From assembly GCA_034520965.1 (NCBI GenBank), contig JAXHMY010000003.1, forward strand, positions 640,001 to 704,000: a DNA stretch of 64,000 nt, given 5' to 3'. Of the stretch, positions 11,166 through 19,923 are shown one piece after another (the stretch's first letter is position 1; each line of letters begins with the position of its first letter). Source of the DNA: Spirochaetia bacterium (lineage in GTDB: Bacteria; Spirochaetota; Spirochaetia; DSM-16054; Sediminispirochaetaceae). Both the position numbers and the translations under genes were made by a program. The notes under the pieces were generated by a model that saw only the letters and a list, made by a program, of their open reading frames with translations, did no database searches and was not told the origin of the DNA.

Positions 11166-12451
11166 CCGCCCCCATCCAGCTCATCTTTATTTTTCTCTTG
11201 CTCTTCCAGTTGAAAGAGAGTGTGCAGCATCTCGATATATCCCAGATTCCGTCCCCCCTCAGTGAGCTTCCGCAAGTTCCGTATTATCAGACCGAGCCAA
11301 CGGCCTTCAAGGTAGCTGGTAAACTCTTCAAGCCTTTGATACTCTTCAGCAGGAATCTTTTTCTTTAAGGACGCGAGCTGTTCCTCGTACAGGGACTGGG
11401 TTTTTTGTTTGAGCTTATGAATGGTCGGGGACAACTGCAGCGAAGAGAGCCATGCGAGAAACTCGTCTCTCTGGGAGTTTAAGATCAGCTGGGCTTTCTC
11501 CACCTCCGCCGATCTACGGGCTTTGGTTCGTTCGGTGAGCGCCTGTAGATCATCCACATTGTATAGATGCACCAGAGCCGGGCACTCCGGCGGTACTTCT
11601 ACATTGCGGGGGACTGAAAGATCCATAATAAGCAGGGGGCTCTGGAGCCTAGACGAGAGCCGTAGAATGTGCTCGGAGCGGATAACCGGCTGTGTAGCGG
11701 CGGTGGAGACAAGTACTAAGTCGTATTCATGCAAACTCTCCATCACCGCCCCGTACTCACGGAACTTTGCACCGTATTGAGCGGCTGCCTCAGCGCTTCG
11801 CTCCGGATTTCTTCCGGTTACATACAGCTCGCCGCAGCCTCTGTCGGAGAGACTCTGCAGAACAAGCGTTCCGGCCTCTCCGGTTCCGACCAGTAAGGCA
11901 GATTTGTCATGCAGACTTTCCAAAGACTCTACTGCCAGCTCCACAGCAGTGGAACTCACCGAAGAGGAGCCTTTGTTCAACTGGGTCTCCGTTCGCACAC
12001 GCTTCCCGCTTTCGAAGGCCTTGTGAAATAGACGATCCAAAATTCTTCCCGTCATGCCTCTCGTGGCACTCAAGCGATAGGCTTGCTTTAGTTGTCCAAG
12101 CACCTGATTCTCTCCAAGAACCATAGAATCAAGCCCTGCAGCTACTCCCAACACATGCCGTACCGCATGACTGTTACGATAATGATAGAAACAGTCCATC
12201 TCCTCTTCTTCTGCATTTTTCCAGTTCCGGAGCTGTTCCAGTATATCCCTTCGAAACTCATCTGCATTTTCAGGACCGGCAACGAGGTAAAGTTCACTTC
12301 TGTTACAAGTCGAGAGAAACACCGCCTCGTCTATCGTCGAGAGGCTAAGCAGATCCTTGAGCAGGCTAACTATCTCCTCGTCCGAGGAGGAGAACTTCTC
12401 GCGAATTGCTACCGGGGCCGTTGTATGGTTAATTCCAACTACACAAATCAC
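11162..12451 (-). CDS. hemA: Glutamyl-tRNA reductase
   Basis: GINH.TAPV..RE, STCNRSE, GLDSMVLGENQVLGQ, DLSVPRNVE. Confidence 0.96.
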   Translation of the reverse strand: MICVVGINHTTAPVAIREKFSSSDEEIVSLLKDLLSLSTIDEAVFLSTCNRSELYLVAGPENADEFRRDILEQLRNWKNAEEEEMDCFYHYRNSHAVRHVLGVAAGLDSMVLGENQVLGQLKQAYRLSATRGMTGRILDRLFHKAFESGKRVRTETQLNKGSSSVSSTAVELAVESLESLHDKSALLVGTGEAGTLVLQSLSDRGCGELYVTGRNPERSAEAAAQYGAKFREYGAVMESLHEYDLVLVSTAATQPVIRSEHILRLSSRLQSPLLIMDLSVPRNVEVPPECPALVHLYNVDDLQALTERTKARRSAEVEKAQLILNSQRDEFLAWLSSLQLSPTIHKLKQKTQSLYEEQLASLKKKIPAEEYQRLEEFTSYLEGRWLGLIIRNLRKLTEGGRNLGYIEMLHTLFQLEEQEKNKDELDGGG

Positions 12452-13044
12452 AGTCTTTCTATCTTCTCAAAAATATCTTTGGTTTTTCCGCTTAAGCTTT
12501 GTTCGATTTTGTCTCTCCTTTCAAGCCACGATAATCTAGTATCATCACATATTTGTCGTCGTTCATCGCGCAGTTCCTCAAGCTCCTGAGCGAGCTCCGG
12601 ATAGAGTTTACGCTGAAAGTACTCTTTTAGTTTCTTTGTAAGCAAAGGTATTCCGCCGGTGGAAAAAGCCACAGCGAGGGGGCCCCTTCTTATTACCGAG
12701 GGAACAATAAATCCTCCCCTCTCCAGCTCTCCGTCTATCCTGTTTACCAAGATACCTCTCCTCCGTGCCTCTTGAACCACCATCTCGTTGGTACCCTTAT
12801 TGTCCGTTGCTGCAAAGGCAAGCACATAGCCTTCAAGATCTCCGTAGCCATAGGCCCTTAGCTGAAGGGTAATACGCCGTTCTTGTACTAAACTCTGTAA
12901 TTCTTCGCTTATCGACAGGGCGATTACATACACATCGGCGGCGCTTTCGATAAGTTTTTCAACTTTACGAGTAGCTACCTTTCCGCCCCCGATAACCACT
13001 ACCGGCATATCTTCGATATCCGCAAAAAAGGGGTATACACTCAT
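12448..13044 (-). CDS. sirC: Precorrin-2 dehydrogenase (SirC / CysG N-terminal, Met8p-like)
   Basis: YPFF, IGGGKVATRK, AATD, STGG..P. ATG at 13044 chosen. Confidence 0.88.
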   Translation of the reverse strand: MSVYPFFADIEDMPVVVIGGGKVATRKVEKLIESAADVYVIALSISEELQSLVQERRITLQLRAYGYGDLEGYVLAFAATDNKGTNEMVVQEARRRGILVNRIDGELERGGFIVPSVIRRGPLAVAFSTGGIPLLTKKLKEYFQRKLYPELAQELEELRDERRQICDDTRLSWLERRDKIEQSLSGKTKDIFEKIERL

Positions 13045-13167
13045 ATAGGCCCTATTGTAGGGGGGCAAAATCAAAAAGTAAACAAAATCACACTAGAAAC
13101 AGCTGTTCTCATATTAGCTCTATACTAATCGGATTGCTCCGACAGAAATGAATTTATTACCTAAACT

Positions 13168-13300
13168 TAGCAATTCCAGATAGTAGAAAAAAAATACCTC
13201 TATGTGGTGTAATGGTTTAGCCACAAACACAAAAACACCCAGGAGGTGAATAAATGGTGCGCCAAAACAGCCGATCCGTCAAGAGCAAAACCGATTGAGC
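13168..13300 (+). mobile_element. Possible left-end remnant of an IS (promoter stem, GGAGG, 14-codon aborted ORF)
   Basis: TAGCAATTCC end-like motif, ACCTC...GAGGT stem around GTGGTGTAATGG, then RBS and MVRQNSRSVKSKTD*. Resemblance only. Confidence 0.3.
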
Positions 13301-13441
13301 CTTTTGCACTGGCCGGTTTTTTGAGCGTTTCAGTTCTTATATAGGTATATGGCTATTTTCTATAGTCTTGAATCACTACGTTTCCTTCCATTTCGGAGGT
13401 AAAATTTAGCAAAAAGCAGAGCTGAGCGGCTCTACAAGTAG

Positions 13442-13862
13442 GTGTATTTGCCCTCAGACCGGCAGATACTGCAAGGCGAAGTGGAACAGCTGCTGCGGAA
13501 GATCGAGATGAATGCAAAAACTTCCACCTTCAACAAGAAGACGGTCATTCCCGAACTGACCATCAAAGCTCTGGGTTTGAACAACTTCTCCGTCAGTGGA
13601 AGCACCCGCCGCAGAACTCGGCCTTTTAGAAGCGGTGCAGTCAAAACTCTCCGGGCCGCGTACCAAGCTCGGTGTGCGCTCGCACACGCTGGAGCTCACA
13701 ATCAAAGGCAAACAGGACTGCCTACTGAACCTGCAGGATGCGCAGAGCTCAATTCGGGACCTCGATATGGCAAAAGAGCTTGCCGAGCTTTCCAGGAACA
13801 TGGTTCTGTATAAGAGCGCCACCGGGATAATCCTGCGGAAGAAGAACACATCCATCTATTGA
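13442..13862 (+). pseudogene. Flagellin-like relic (N-terminus missing, frameshift ~13595)
   Basis: SDRQILQGEVEQLL...TFN resembles flagellin N-terminal D1; RTKLG...NLQDAQSSIRDLDMAKELAELSRNMVL resembles the flagellin C-terminal helix. Confidence 0.7.
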
Positions 13863-13996
13863 GCTTCCATCCATTGAGGGAGCGTGCTCCGCGAGGAGGT
13901 CGATGTCGTTGCCGCGTATTCATATCATGCCCTACGGGCAGGCTCTCTTGCCACCCTGCACGCAGGGGATGCCACTGTGGAGCTGCCTAGGTGTAC

Positions 13997-14779
13997 TCAA
14001 GTATAACTGTGCAATCCAGGCAGTAGGTAATTCACCCCTAGAAAGGTAAAAAGGGCAATCAAAAAGCCCAGGATCACGATGATCGGCCCAGCCGTGCTCG
14101 TGTTGCGGCACACCAGACGCAGATGGAGGTAAAGGGTAAAAACAAGCCAGGTGATGAGTGCCCAGGTTTCTTTGGGGTCCCAGCTCCAGTAGCGCCCCCA
14201 GGCCTGCTCCGCCCAGATAGCCCCGAAGATGAGCGCCCCGAGGGTGTAGAGCGGATAGCCGATGCCGACGCTGGTGTAGATGATCCGGTCCAGCCCGCGC
14301 CGCCGCTCTTCTGATTTCGTAAGGACGAAGATGAGCGAAGCGACGAAGGCCGCTGCAAAGAAGACCTCCCCGAGGAAGGCGAAGGCCACGTGCAGCACTA
14401 GCCAGGAGGACTGGAGCGCCGGGACGGGGGGCTTGAGATCTGCCGGGGCGATAGGCGAGGAGGCAACCGCGAGCAATGCGATGGTCAGGACGGTCAGGCC
14501 GAAGAAGAGGAGGCGGTAGAACGGTAAGCGCCGCTGGAGGTGGTATGCGAAACCTGCGGCGGCGAGAAAGGCAGCGAAAAACAGCAGCGACTCAAAGATC
14601 CCCGTCACCGCCACGAAATCGATCGCCACGCTGCGGCGAATCAGCTCGCCAAGCAGCAGGAGTGCCGCGGCAGCCACCGGCCAGTGGGAAACGGCATCGG
14701 CGCGCTGTCTTCGCAGCAAAAGTATGAATATTTGTCCTCCGGCGGAGATCAACAGCAGTATGAATGCAGCGGTAGCCAT
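13997..14779 (-). CDS. ccsA: Cytochrome c biogenesis System II, CcsA/ResC
   Basis: PALQSSWLVLHV and WWD motif GAIWAEQAWGRYWSWDPKETW, C-terminal GLHSY. Confidence 0.95.
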   Translation of the reverse strand: MATAAFILLLISAGGQIFILLLRRQRADAVSHWPVAAAALLLLGELIRRSVAIDFVAVTGIFESLLFFAAFLAAAGFAYHLQRRLPFYRLLFFGLTVLTIALLAVASSPIAPADLKPPVPALQSSWLVLHVAFAFLGEVFFAAAFVASLIFVLTKSEERRRGLDRIIYTSVGIGYPLYTLGALIFGAIWAEQAWGRYWSWDPKETWALITWLVFTLYLHLRLVCRNTSTAGPIIVILGFLIALFTFLGVNYLLPGLHSYT

Positions 14780-15732
14780 CAGTTTTCCTCCCGTATTCGC
14801 ACGATTTTACCCACATAGGTGACGGCAAGTCCCAGGCTGGCCAGAATAAAGCCAACCAGTACCACCGTGTAGCCTGGATCACGCACCGCCTGCAGTCCGC
14901 TGATGTGAACGGTGCGAATCGAACGCAGCTTTAACCCTAGTAGCGACTCACCGACCGCGAGCCTGCGGGCCGTACGCTTCATTCCCTCCCGGATCATAAA
15001 TATTCCCTCCTCCGGATCGGAGCCGGCTCCCTCCGGGACTGCGGCAAATTGGACCGTCGCCCCGTCTATCTCCGTGGGGTGGCCAACGATGAGCCGCAGC
15101 TCCCGAAACTCCCCGTCGCTGAAGCGGGCCACCGGTCGCATCGCGTGACGCACCTGATAGAGAGTGTAAGAGCCCAGCCGCAGGGGAGCGTTGACCTCGA
15201 TCTCTACCCTCTCATGCAGGAGCTCGCCGCCACGATGGACACTGACAGTGGAAATCCAATCTTTCGGAGCACCGTCTTCATAACGTTGATACTCGAAATC
15301 GCTCAGCTCTATTCGGTACTCCCCGCCGATGAGATGCTCCTCCCCGGAGGTGAGCAGAAAGTCTTGCTCCTCCCGTCCTACGGAGGTAAGTACACCGCCT
15401 GCAGCGAGAACCAGAATCCCAATGTGAAGCAGATCAGGTCCGACAGAACGTTTTGCCCGCCGGAGCTTTTGTTGAGCCGTGAAGCGCCGCACCGTACAGG
15501 CCCCGAGATTGATCAGAAAGAGTCCTGCGGCAGCAAAAAAGAGGGGCGAGCTAAAGGCGTGGTCGAGACCCAGCAGCAGTACCGCCCCGGCAACCGGCGC
15601 CGGAAGCAGCCGGGAGTACATCTCTGCAGAGCCGCCCTGCGGCAACACTCCACCGGCCACAGAGAGAAGGGTGATCAGGATAAGTAGAACGATCGCCAGT
15701 CGCAGCGAAAACAGCAGCCGCAATAGTTTCAT
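14779..15732 (-). CDS. ccsB: Cytochrome c biogenesis System II, CcsB/ResB (short form)
   Basis: SLRLAIVLL, PQ, NL..CT, LLHIG, IEVNAPL, SGLQ..RDPG; coupled to ccsA. Confidence 0.9.
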   Translation of the reverse strand: MKLLRLLFSLRLAIVLLILITLLSVAGGVLPQGGSAEMYSRLLPAPVAGAVLLLGLDHAFSSPLFFAAAGLFLINLGACTVRRFTAQQKLRRAKRSVGPDLLHIGILVLAAGGVLTSVGREEQDFLLTSGEEHLIGGEYRIELSDFEYQRYEDGAPKDWISTVSVHRGGELLHERVEIEVNAPLRLGSYTLYQVRHAMRPVARFSDGEFRELRLIVGHPTEIDGATVQFAAVPEGAGSDPEEGIFMIREGMKRTARRLAVGESLLGLKLRSIRTVHISGLQAVRDPGYTVVLVGFILASLGLAVTYVGKIVRIREEN

Positions 15733-15762
15733 GCTTCTACTCCAAAGCAGAGCTCGTTAGCT

Positions 15763-15805
15763 CAAAGAAAAGCGCGGGAGCCCTCGAGTTCCCGGACTCT
15801 CGCAG
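15763..15805 (-). terminator. Possible intrinsic terminator/attenuator after the cytochrome gene
   Basis: Minus strand GCGAGAGTCC...GGGCTCCCGC followed by a U-rich tract. Confidence 0.45.
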
Positions 15806-15815
15806 GCGGAATGCG

Positions 15816-16661
15816 TCAGTCGTGCTTTTCGTGGCACTCCAGACACTCCTGCTTAGCGCCCTTGATGTGTCCCGAATGACAGTAGAGACAGCCTTCGGTC
15901 GTATTGGACACCGCATAAACAGGGGTGAAGGTACCCTTGTAAAAGGCATTCATCAGTTCCACCGCCCGGGCTGCGGTGTCGCCGGTGAGTCTGCCGCAGC
16001 GCTCGGAGCGCTCTGCACTGTCTATTTTCATGTCCGCCTCCTTGGCCCAGACAGAGGCGGAGACGTGACAGAGGGGCGAGTTGGCCACGCTCTGCGGCAG
16101 GCGTTTGTCGCTCTTCAAGTCGCTCACCAGGTACTCGCCTTGTACGGCGTAGCGGTTAGCCTTGTCCGTCGGCAGTGCCGTGGTGCTGTACCAGCCGAAA
16201 AGCTCGCTGATGATCGTGTCTGCATGCTTACTTGCGAAGGCCATGTTGATAACGGCGGCAGCGCCATTAAGAGCGCCGCAGACCGTGCCCCAGCCAGCAA
16301 TACCGCCATGACCGTATCTCAACAGCTGAGACGGTATGTTACGGTACGGTCCGCCTACCTTATCCTGTAGCTCGTGCAGCAAGGCGGTAAAGGCGCCATA
16401 GGCGCAGGCTTCCTCGTAGTAGTTCTGATGGCCGAGTTTACGCACCCGCTCCGGATCCAAGGGGGCATAGCCCCACGGCAGCTTGTCTGCCGTGCTGCTG
16501 CGCCCCTGCGCGGCAAACAGCTTCCCCCCACCGAGCGAGAGGGCTCCAGCCGCTATCCCGAGGCCTATACCGGTCTTGGTGAGAAAAGCCCTCCGTGTAA
16601 CCTTCTTATTCCGAGGGCTCTCCTCCTGATACTCCGTTCTTTCGGTATTAGGAATACTCAT
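15816..16661 (-). CDS. Tat-exported split-Soret-type diheme cytochrome c (C-GCAxxG-C-C family)
   Basis: AAGGAGG RBS before ATG 16661; TRRAFL twin-arginine signal; Cys motifs CAYG, WGTVCGALNG, LCHVS, RCGRL; C-terminal CLYCH and CLECH. Confidence 0.88.
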   Translation of the reverse strand: MSIPNTERTEYQEESPRNKKVTRRAFLTKTGIGLGIAAGALSLGGGKLFAAQGRSSTADKLPWGYAPLDPERVRKLGHQNYYEEACAYGAFTALLHELQDKVGGPYRNIPSQLLRYGHGGIAGWGTVCGALNGAAAVINMAFASKHADTIISELFGWYSTTALPTDKANRYAVQGEYLVSDLKSDKRLPQSVANSPLCHVSASVWAKEADMKIDSAERSERCGRLTGDTAARAVELMNAFYKGTFTPVYAVSNTTEGCLYCHSGHIKGAKQECLECHEKHD

Positions 16662-16739
16662 TATAACCTCCTTATCGTACTCGAGTTCATTATAAAACAG
16701 AGTTATACACAGCACAACAAAAAACCTTACAGTACAGAA

Positions 16740-16955
16740 ATTCCCCATCAGAGCACCACAGATGATGTGCAGCAGCGAGAAAAATGGCCGCTGTTCTTTG
16801 AAGTGAAATCGTTTCATCTTCACTAAACCGGAGAGTTTTTTGAAGACGTTTTTTTCGATCGACCAGCGCACGTGAGCCTCTTCTCGCAGTTCCGCCGCCG
16901 AGAGGGAGAAGCTGGTGGTGACGATCCACAAAGTCTCTATAGAAAGGGTTGACAA
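16740..16955 (-). mobile_element. DDE transposase C-terminal fragment (IS4/ISNCY-like)
   Basis: WIVTT...AHVRWSIEKNVFKKL resembles the R-W-x-I-E-x-x-F third-acid motif; in frame with, but upstream of, the cytochrome start. Confidence 0.55.
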
Positions 16956-17014
16956 AAGGTCGCATCATATCAGAATTGCTGCGTACATATATTACCCATA
17001 ATAATAACTATTTT

Positions 17015-17033
17015 ATGTGAAAACCCATCACAT
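17015..17033. promoter_or_regulatory. Palindrome ATGTGA-N7-TCACAT, CRP/Rex-like operator candidate
   Basis: Perfect 6-bp arms in the divergent cytochrome/tatC intergenic region; spacer one base longer than canonical. Confidence 0.4.
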
Positions 17034-17049
17034 GTGGGGAGCAAGTAGA

Positions 17050-17078
17050 TTGACATACATATGCTGCTCCCCTATGCT
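17050..17078 (+). promoter_or_regulatory. Sigma70-type promoter of tatCBA
   Basis: TTGACA-17 nt-TATGCT. Confidence 0.7.
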
Positions 17079-17128
17079 GGGTCTATACGCTACCGGCGCC
17101 GAGAGCCCGGAAATCGAGTTGAGTCGCA

Positions 17129-17878
17129 ATGAATGCATTCGTGGATGATCAGACCTTTCTCGAGCACCTCGTCGAACTGCGCCGCAGGGTCATCTCTTCC
17201 CTCATTGCAGTGCTTATCACAGCAGTGTTCTGCTTTGTCTTCTACGACGCCATCTTCCGTTTCTTCTTCGCCCCCTTTGAGGTGCTGAACGGACCCGAGT
17301 TCACCGGCAACACCCTCTTCATCAATTCCCTCTTCGAGGGCTTTCTTACCAAGCTAAAAATCTCTCTTCTAACAGGTCTTATACTCTCCCTTCCGGTCCA
17401 CCTTTACAACACCATCAAGTTCGTCTTTCCCGGGCTCCGGTCCAAGGAGCGGAAAATCGTGAAGATCACCCTGGCCGCCAGCTTTTTTCTCATTGCCGGA
17501 AGCCTCTACTACGGCTACAACAAGATCATTCCGCTTTCCATCCGCTTTCTCACCAGCAGTGGCTTCATTCCCGCAGAGGTCGGGCTTCTACTCAACTACG
17601 GGCAGAACATCTTCTATATCCTGCAGTTTCTCCTTATTGCGCTGGTGATATTCCAGCTGCCGCTGGTGATAGAGCTGACCATGGTGCTCAACCTGGTGCG
17701 CCGGCGCACCATGCTCAAGATCAGCAAGTTTTTCATTTTCGGCGTTTTCATACTCTCGGCAATCCTTACGCCCCCGGATGTGATTTCCCAGGTGAGCATC
17801 GCCCTCCCATTGATTGGTCTCTACTATCTCACTATTCTGATAGCCATAGTATTCCGCTTCGGAGAAGAAGGTGTTTAA
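17129..17878 (+). CDS. tatC: Twin-arginine translocase subunit C
   Basis: HLVELRRR, PGL..KERK, FQLPL, SAILTPPDVISQ. Confidence 0.95.
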   Translation: MNAFVDDQTFLEHLVELRRRVISSLIAVLITAVFCFVFYDAIFRFFFAPFEVLNGPEFTGNTLFINSLFEGFLTKLKISLLTGLILSLPVHLYNTIKFVFPGLRSKERKIVKITLAASFFLIAGSLYYGYNKIIPLSIRFLTSSGFIPAEVGLLLNYGQNIFYILQFLLIALVIFQLPLVIELTMVLNLVRRRTMLKISKFFIFGVFILSAILTPPDVISQVSIALPLIGLYYLTILIAIVFRFGEEGV

Positions 17879-18239
17879 GATAGGCTTTGGAGAGATTCTT
17901 CTGCTCGGACTGATCGCACTGATATTCATCAACCCCAGGGAGCTTCCGAAGCTGTTTCACAAGGCAGGGCAGCTCTCTGCGCGCCTACGGCGGCTCAAAC
18001 GAGAGTTCGACGAAACGATGAGCCGCTTCGAAGAAGAGGTCAAACACTCGGAAGATACGTACAGGCGGGAGGGGAGCGGCTCCACAGAAAAGCCCGATTC
18101 CCCCGGCGACGAGACTTCTGCCGCGGATGATTCGCAGGAAGATGGAAAAATCGCGAAGCACGAAAGCCGTACCCATAATGAGGCTTCTACCGACGGGCTG
18201 CCGCCGGAAGAGTATAGGAATCGAACAAAGGAGGAGTGA
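17871..18239 (+). CDS. tatB: Twin-arginine translocase subunit B
   Basis: MFKIGFGEILL...INPRELPKL plus amphipathic helix and charged tail. Confidence 0.85.
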   Translation: MFKIGFGEILLLGLIALIFINPRELPKLFHKAGQLSARLRRLKREFDETMSRFEEEVKHSEDTYRREGSGSTEKPDSPGDETSAADDSQEDGKIAKHESRTHNEASTDGLPPEEYRNRTKEE

Positions 18240-18243
18240 GTTT

Positions 18244-18468
18244 ATGCTTGGATCCACAGAAATTATCGTACTGGTAGGGGTGGGGCTGGTCCTCTTCGGC
18301 GCCTCGGCAATTCCCAAGTTCGCCCGCTCCCTCGGCCAGGCGAAGCACGAGTTCGAGAAGGGGCAGAAGGAAGAAGAGGAGAAGAAGCAGGCTGAGAAGG
18401 AGAGCCAGGAAGACGGAGCCGACCCCGGGAAAACGGATTCGGATACCAAGGGCAAAAAGCGCGAGTAG
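18244..18468 (+). CDS. tatA: Twin-arginine translocase subunit A
   Basis: GGAGGAG-like RBS; MLGSTEII...LFGASAIPKFARSLGQAKHEFEKG. Confidence 0.92.
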   Translation: MLGSTEIIVLVGVGLVLFGASAIPKFARSLGQAKHEFEKGQKEEEEKKQAEKESQEDGADPGKTDSDTKGKKRE

Positions 18469-18843
18469 CACAGAGAGGAGCTAGGCGGACCGCTCCATTT
18501 TCTTTCCTCCCGGACTTATCCCGCAGGGTATAGCAGCTTCACCAGTCAGACCCAGGCCCGCTCCTCCTCGCGGTTGTAGTGCACGGAGTTCATTGAAGCA
18601 TCGGTACCATTTGGCAGTAATACTCTATAAGGGTATACAAAATACTTCCGCACTAAGAAAGCCGCGAAGCCTTGGTTAGAAGAGAATTTAGTAGAAAAGG
18701 TAAGTGTCTTTAAAACCGATACAGACTCAACCGAATTAACCAAAGATCTTCTTTCAATTGATCAGTCGCCTACCGATCAGTCAAAGGCAGTCTACGATGA
18801 CTCACCGGATAACTCCAGATAAAAGAATAAAAGGTCATAACAT

Positions 18844-18872
18844 TTGACAAGTAAAAAGGGAAAGAATAGAAT
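18844..18872 (+). promoter_or_regulatory. Sigma70-type promoter
   Basis: TTGACA-17 nt-TAGAAT, then AGGAG RBS. Confidence 0.7.
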
Positions 18873-18890
18873 CAGCCTTAGGAGTTAAAG

Positions 18891-19265
18891 ATGAATAATG
18901 AGTACAATCGGAAAGAGCTCACGGAAGATTTCTTTGATGATTTGGATGCAATATTCATCGAATTTCTTGCCTGTGATAATACCAACTACGTATATGAAAT
19001 GCTGCTACCCGATATAGCTGAGGGGGTTAAAAACCCGGAGAAGGAATACGGTAAAGAGTGGAAACGAGACAATGAACTGCACATTGGCGAGATGGAATAC
19101 AGAGAACGGGAATTAAAAAAACTGAGGAAGGACAAAGATCTGGAAAAGTTTTTGGACGCCCTTTCGCATATACGCAATTCGATGTCCTCGTTGATAGATT
19201 TAGAAGAAATGGAGTATGAACTAAAAACCGACTTAGCAAAACGCCTGTTTTACGCGGATGAATAA
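18891..19265 (+). CDS. Hypothetical acidic helical protein
   Basis: 124-aa ORF with its own promoter and RBS; no family recognised. Confidence 0.65.
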   Translation: MNNEYNRKELTEDFFDDLDAIFIEFLACDNTNYVYEMLLPDIAEGVKNPEKEYGKEWKRDNELHIGEMEYRERELKKLRKDKDLEKFLDALSHIRNSMSSLIDLEEMEYELKTDLAKRLFYADE

Positions 19266-19268
19266 AAT

Positions 19269-19297
19269 TTGACGTTTCCCCCATCTTTTACTATGCT
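19269..19297 (+). promoter_or_regulatory. Sigma70-type promoter
   Basis: TTGACG-17 nt-TATGCT upstream of GGAGG RBS. Confidence 0.6.
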
Positions 19298-19331
19298 TTA
19301 AACATAAGTAAAATAATCATGGAGGAAGAAG

Positions 19332-19763
19332 ATGAGAAAAATTGGATTTTTACTAGTTGCACTATTTGTAGTTGCAAGTGTTGCCGGTGCTGAAGGCATG
19401 TGGCGCGACGGCACCTATGAAGCCCAGGGAGGCGAGTTTAGTCACGGCTGGAAAAACTCAGTAAGTATAGTGGTAGAAAACGGGTATATTGTTAATGCCC
19501 ATTTCGATGCTATTCCTGAAGAAGGCGATAAAATGAAGTATCTGGCCTCTGTCCAGGGCGACTACGGCATGGTAGCAAACTCCGATGCCCAGTCTGCATG
19601 GTATGTACAAGCCGACAAGGCCGCTGCAAAACTACTTGAAATGCAGGATCCCGGTAAAATTCTAAAATCCGGGGGCGGAGTCGACGCTATCTCGGGGGTA
19701 AGTGTAACCATTGCACCCCACTTTGAGCTCGCCCAAAAGGCGCTTAGCGGTAAACGCCGCTAA
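19332..19763 (+). CDS. Secreted FMN-binding domain protein (Tp15/PplA-like)
   Basis: Signal peptide; DGTY, GW, W..QA and VDAISGVSVT flavinylation-type motif. Confidence 0.8.
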   Translation: MRKIGFLLVALFVVASVAGAEGMWRDGTYEAQGGEFSHGWKNSVSIVVENGYIVNAHFDAIPEEGDKMKYLASVQGDYGMVANSDAQSAWYVQADKAAAKLLEMQDPGKILKSGGGVDAISGVSVTIAPHFELAQKALSGKRR

Positions 19764-19806
19764 CAAGGCATACGCGCTCACAACACTAAAAGAGCGCTTA
19801 AAAAGT

Positions 19807-19850
19807 AAAAAGCCGTCCGAGGCATCCCCTCCGGGCGGCTTTCTTTATTT
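19807..19850 (+). terminator. Intrinsic terminator
   Basis: AAAGCCGTCCG...CGGGCGGCTTT followed by a T-rich tract. Confidence 0.75.
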
Positions 19851-19888
19851 ACAATCACCTTCTTTTACCAACCACCTTCTGTGAGTTC

Positions 19889-19923
19889 TTGAACATTAAG
19901 GATTTATCTTCTAAAATCAGCCG
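19889..19923 (+). promoter_or_regulatory. Promoter implying a leaderless mRNA
   Basis: TTGAAC-17-TAAAAT-6 nt-ATG; no SD. Confidence 0.6.

Noticed and set aside
16662..16955. N-terminal extension making a 379-aa transposase-cytochrome fusion
   Set aside because: A strong RBS and Tat signal at 16661 define the real start; the upstream frame is probably open by chance.
18470..18825. Gene remnants between tatA and the 18891 gene (for example LVKLLYPAG on the minus strand)
   Set aside because: Short, stop-interrupted and without starts; cannot be assigned to a family.
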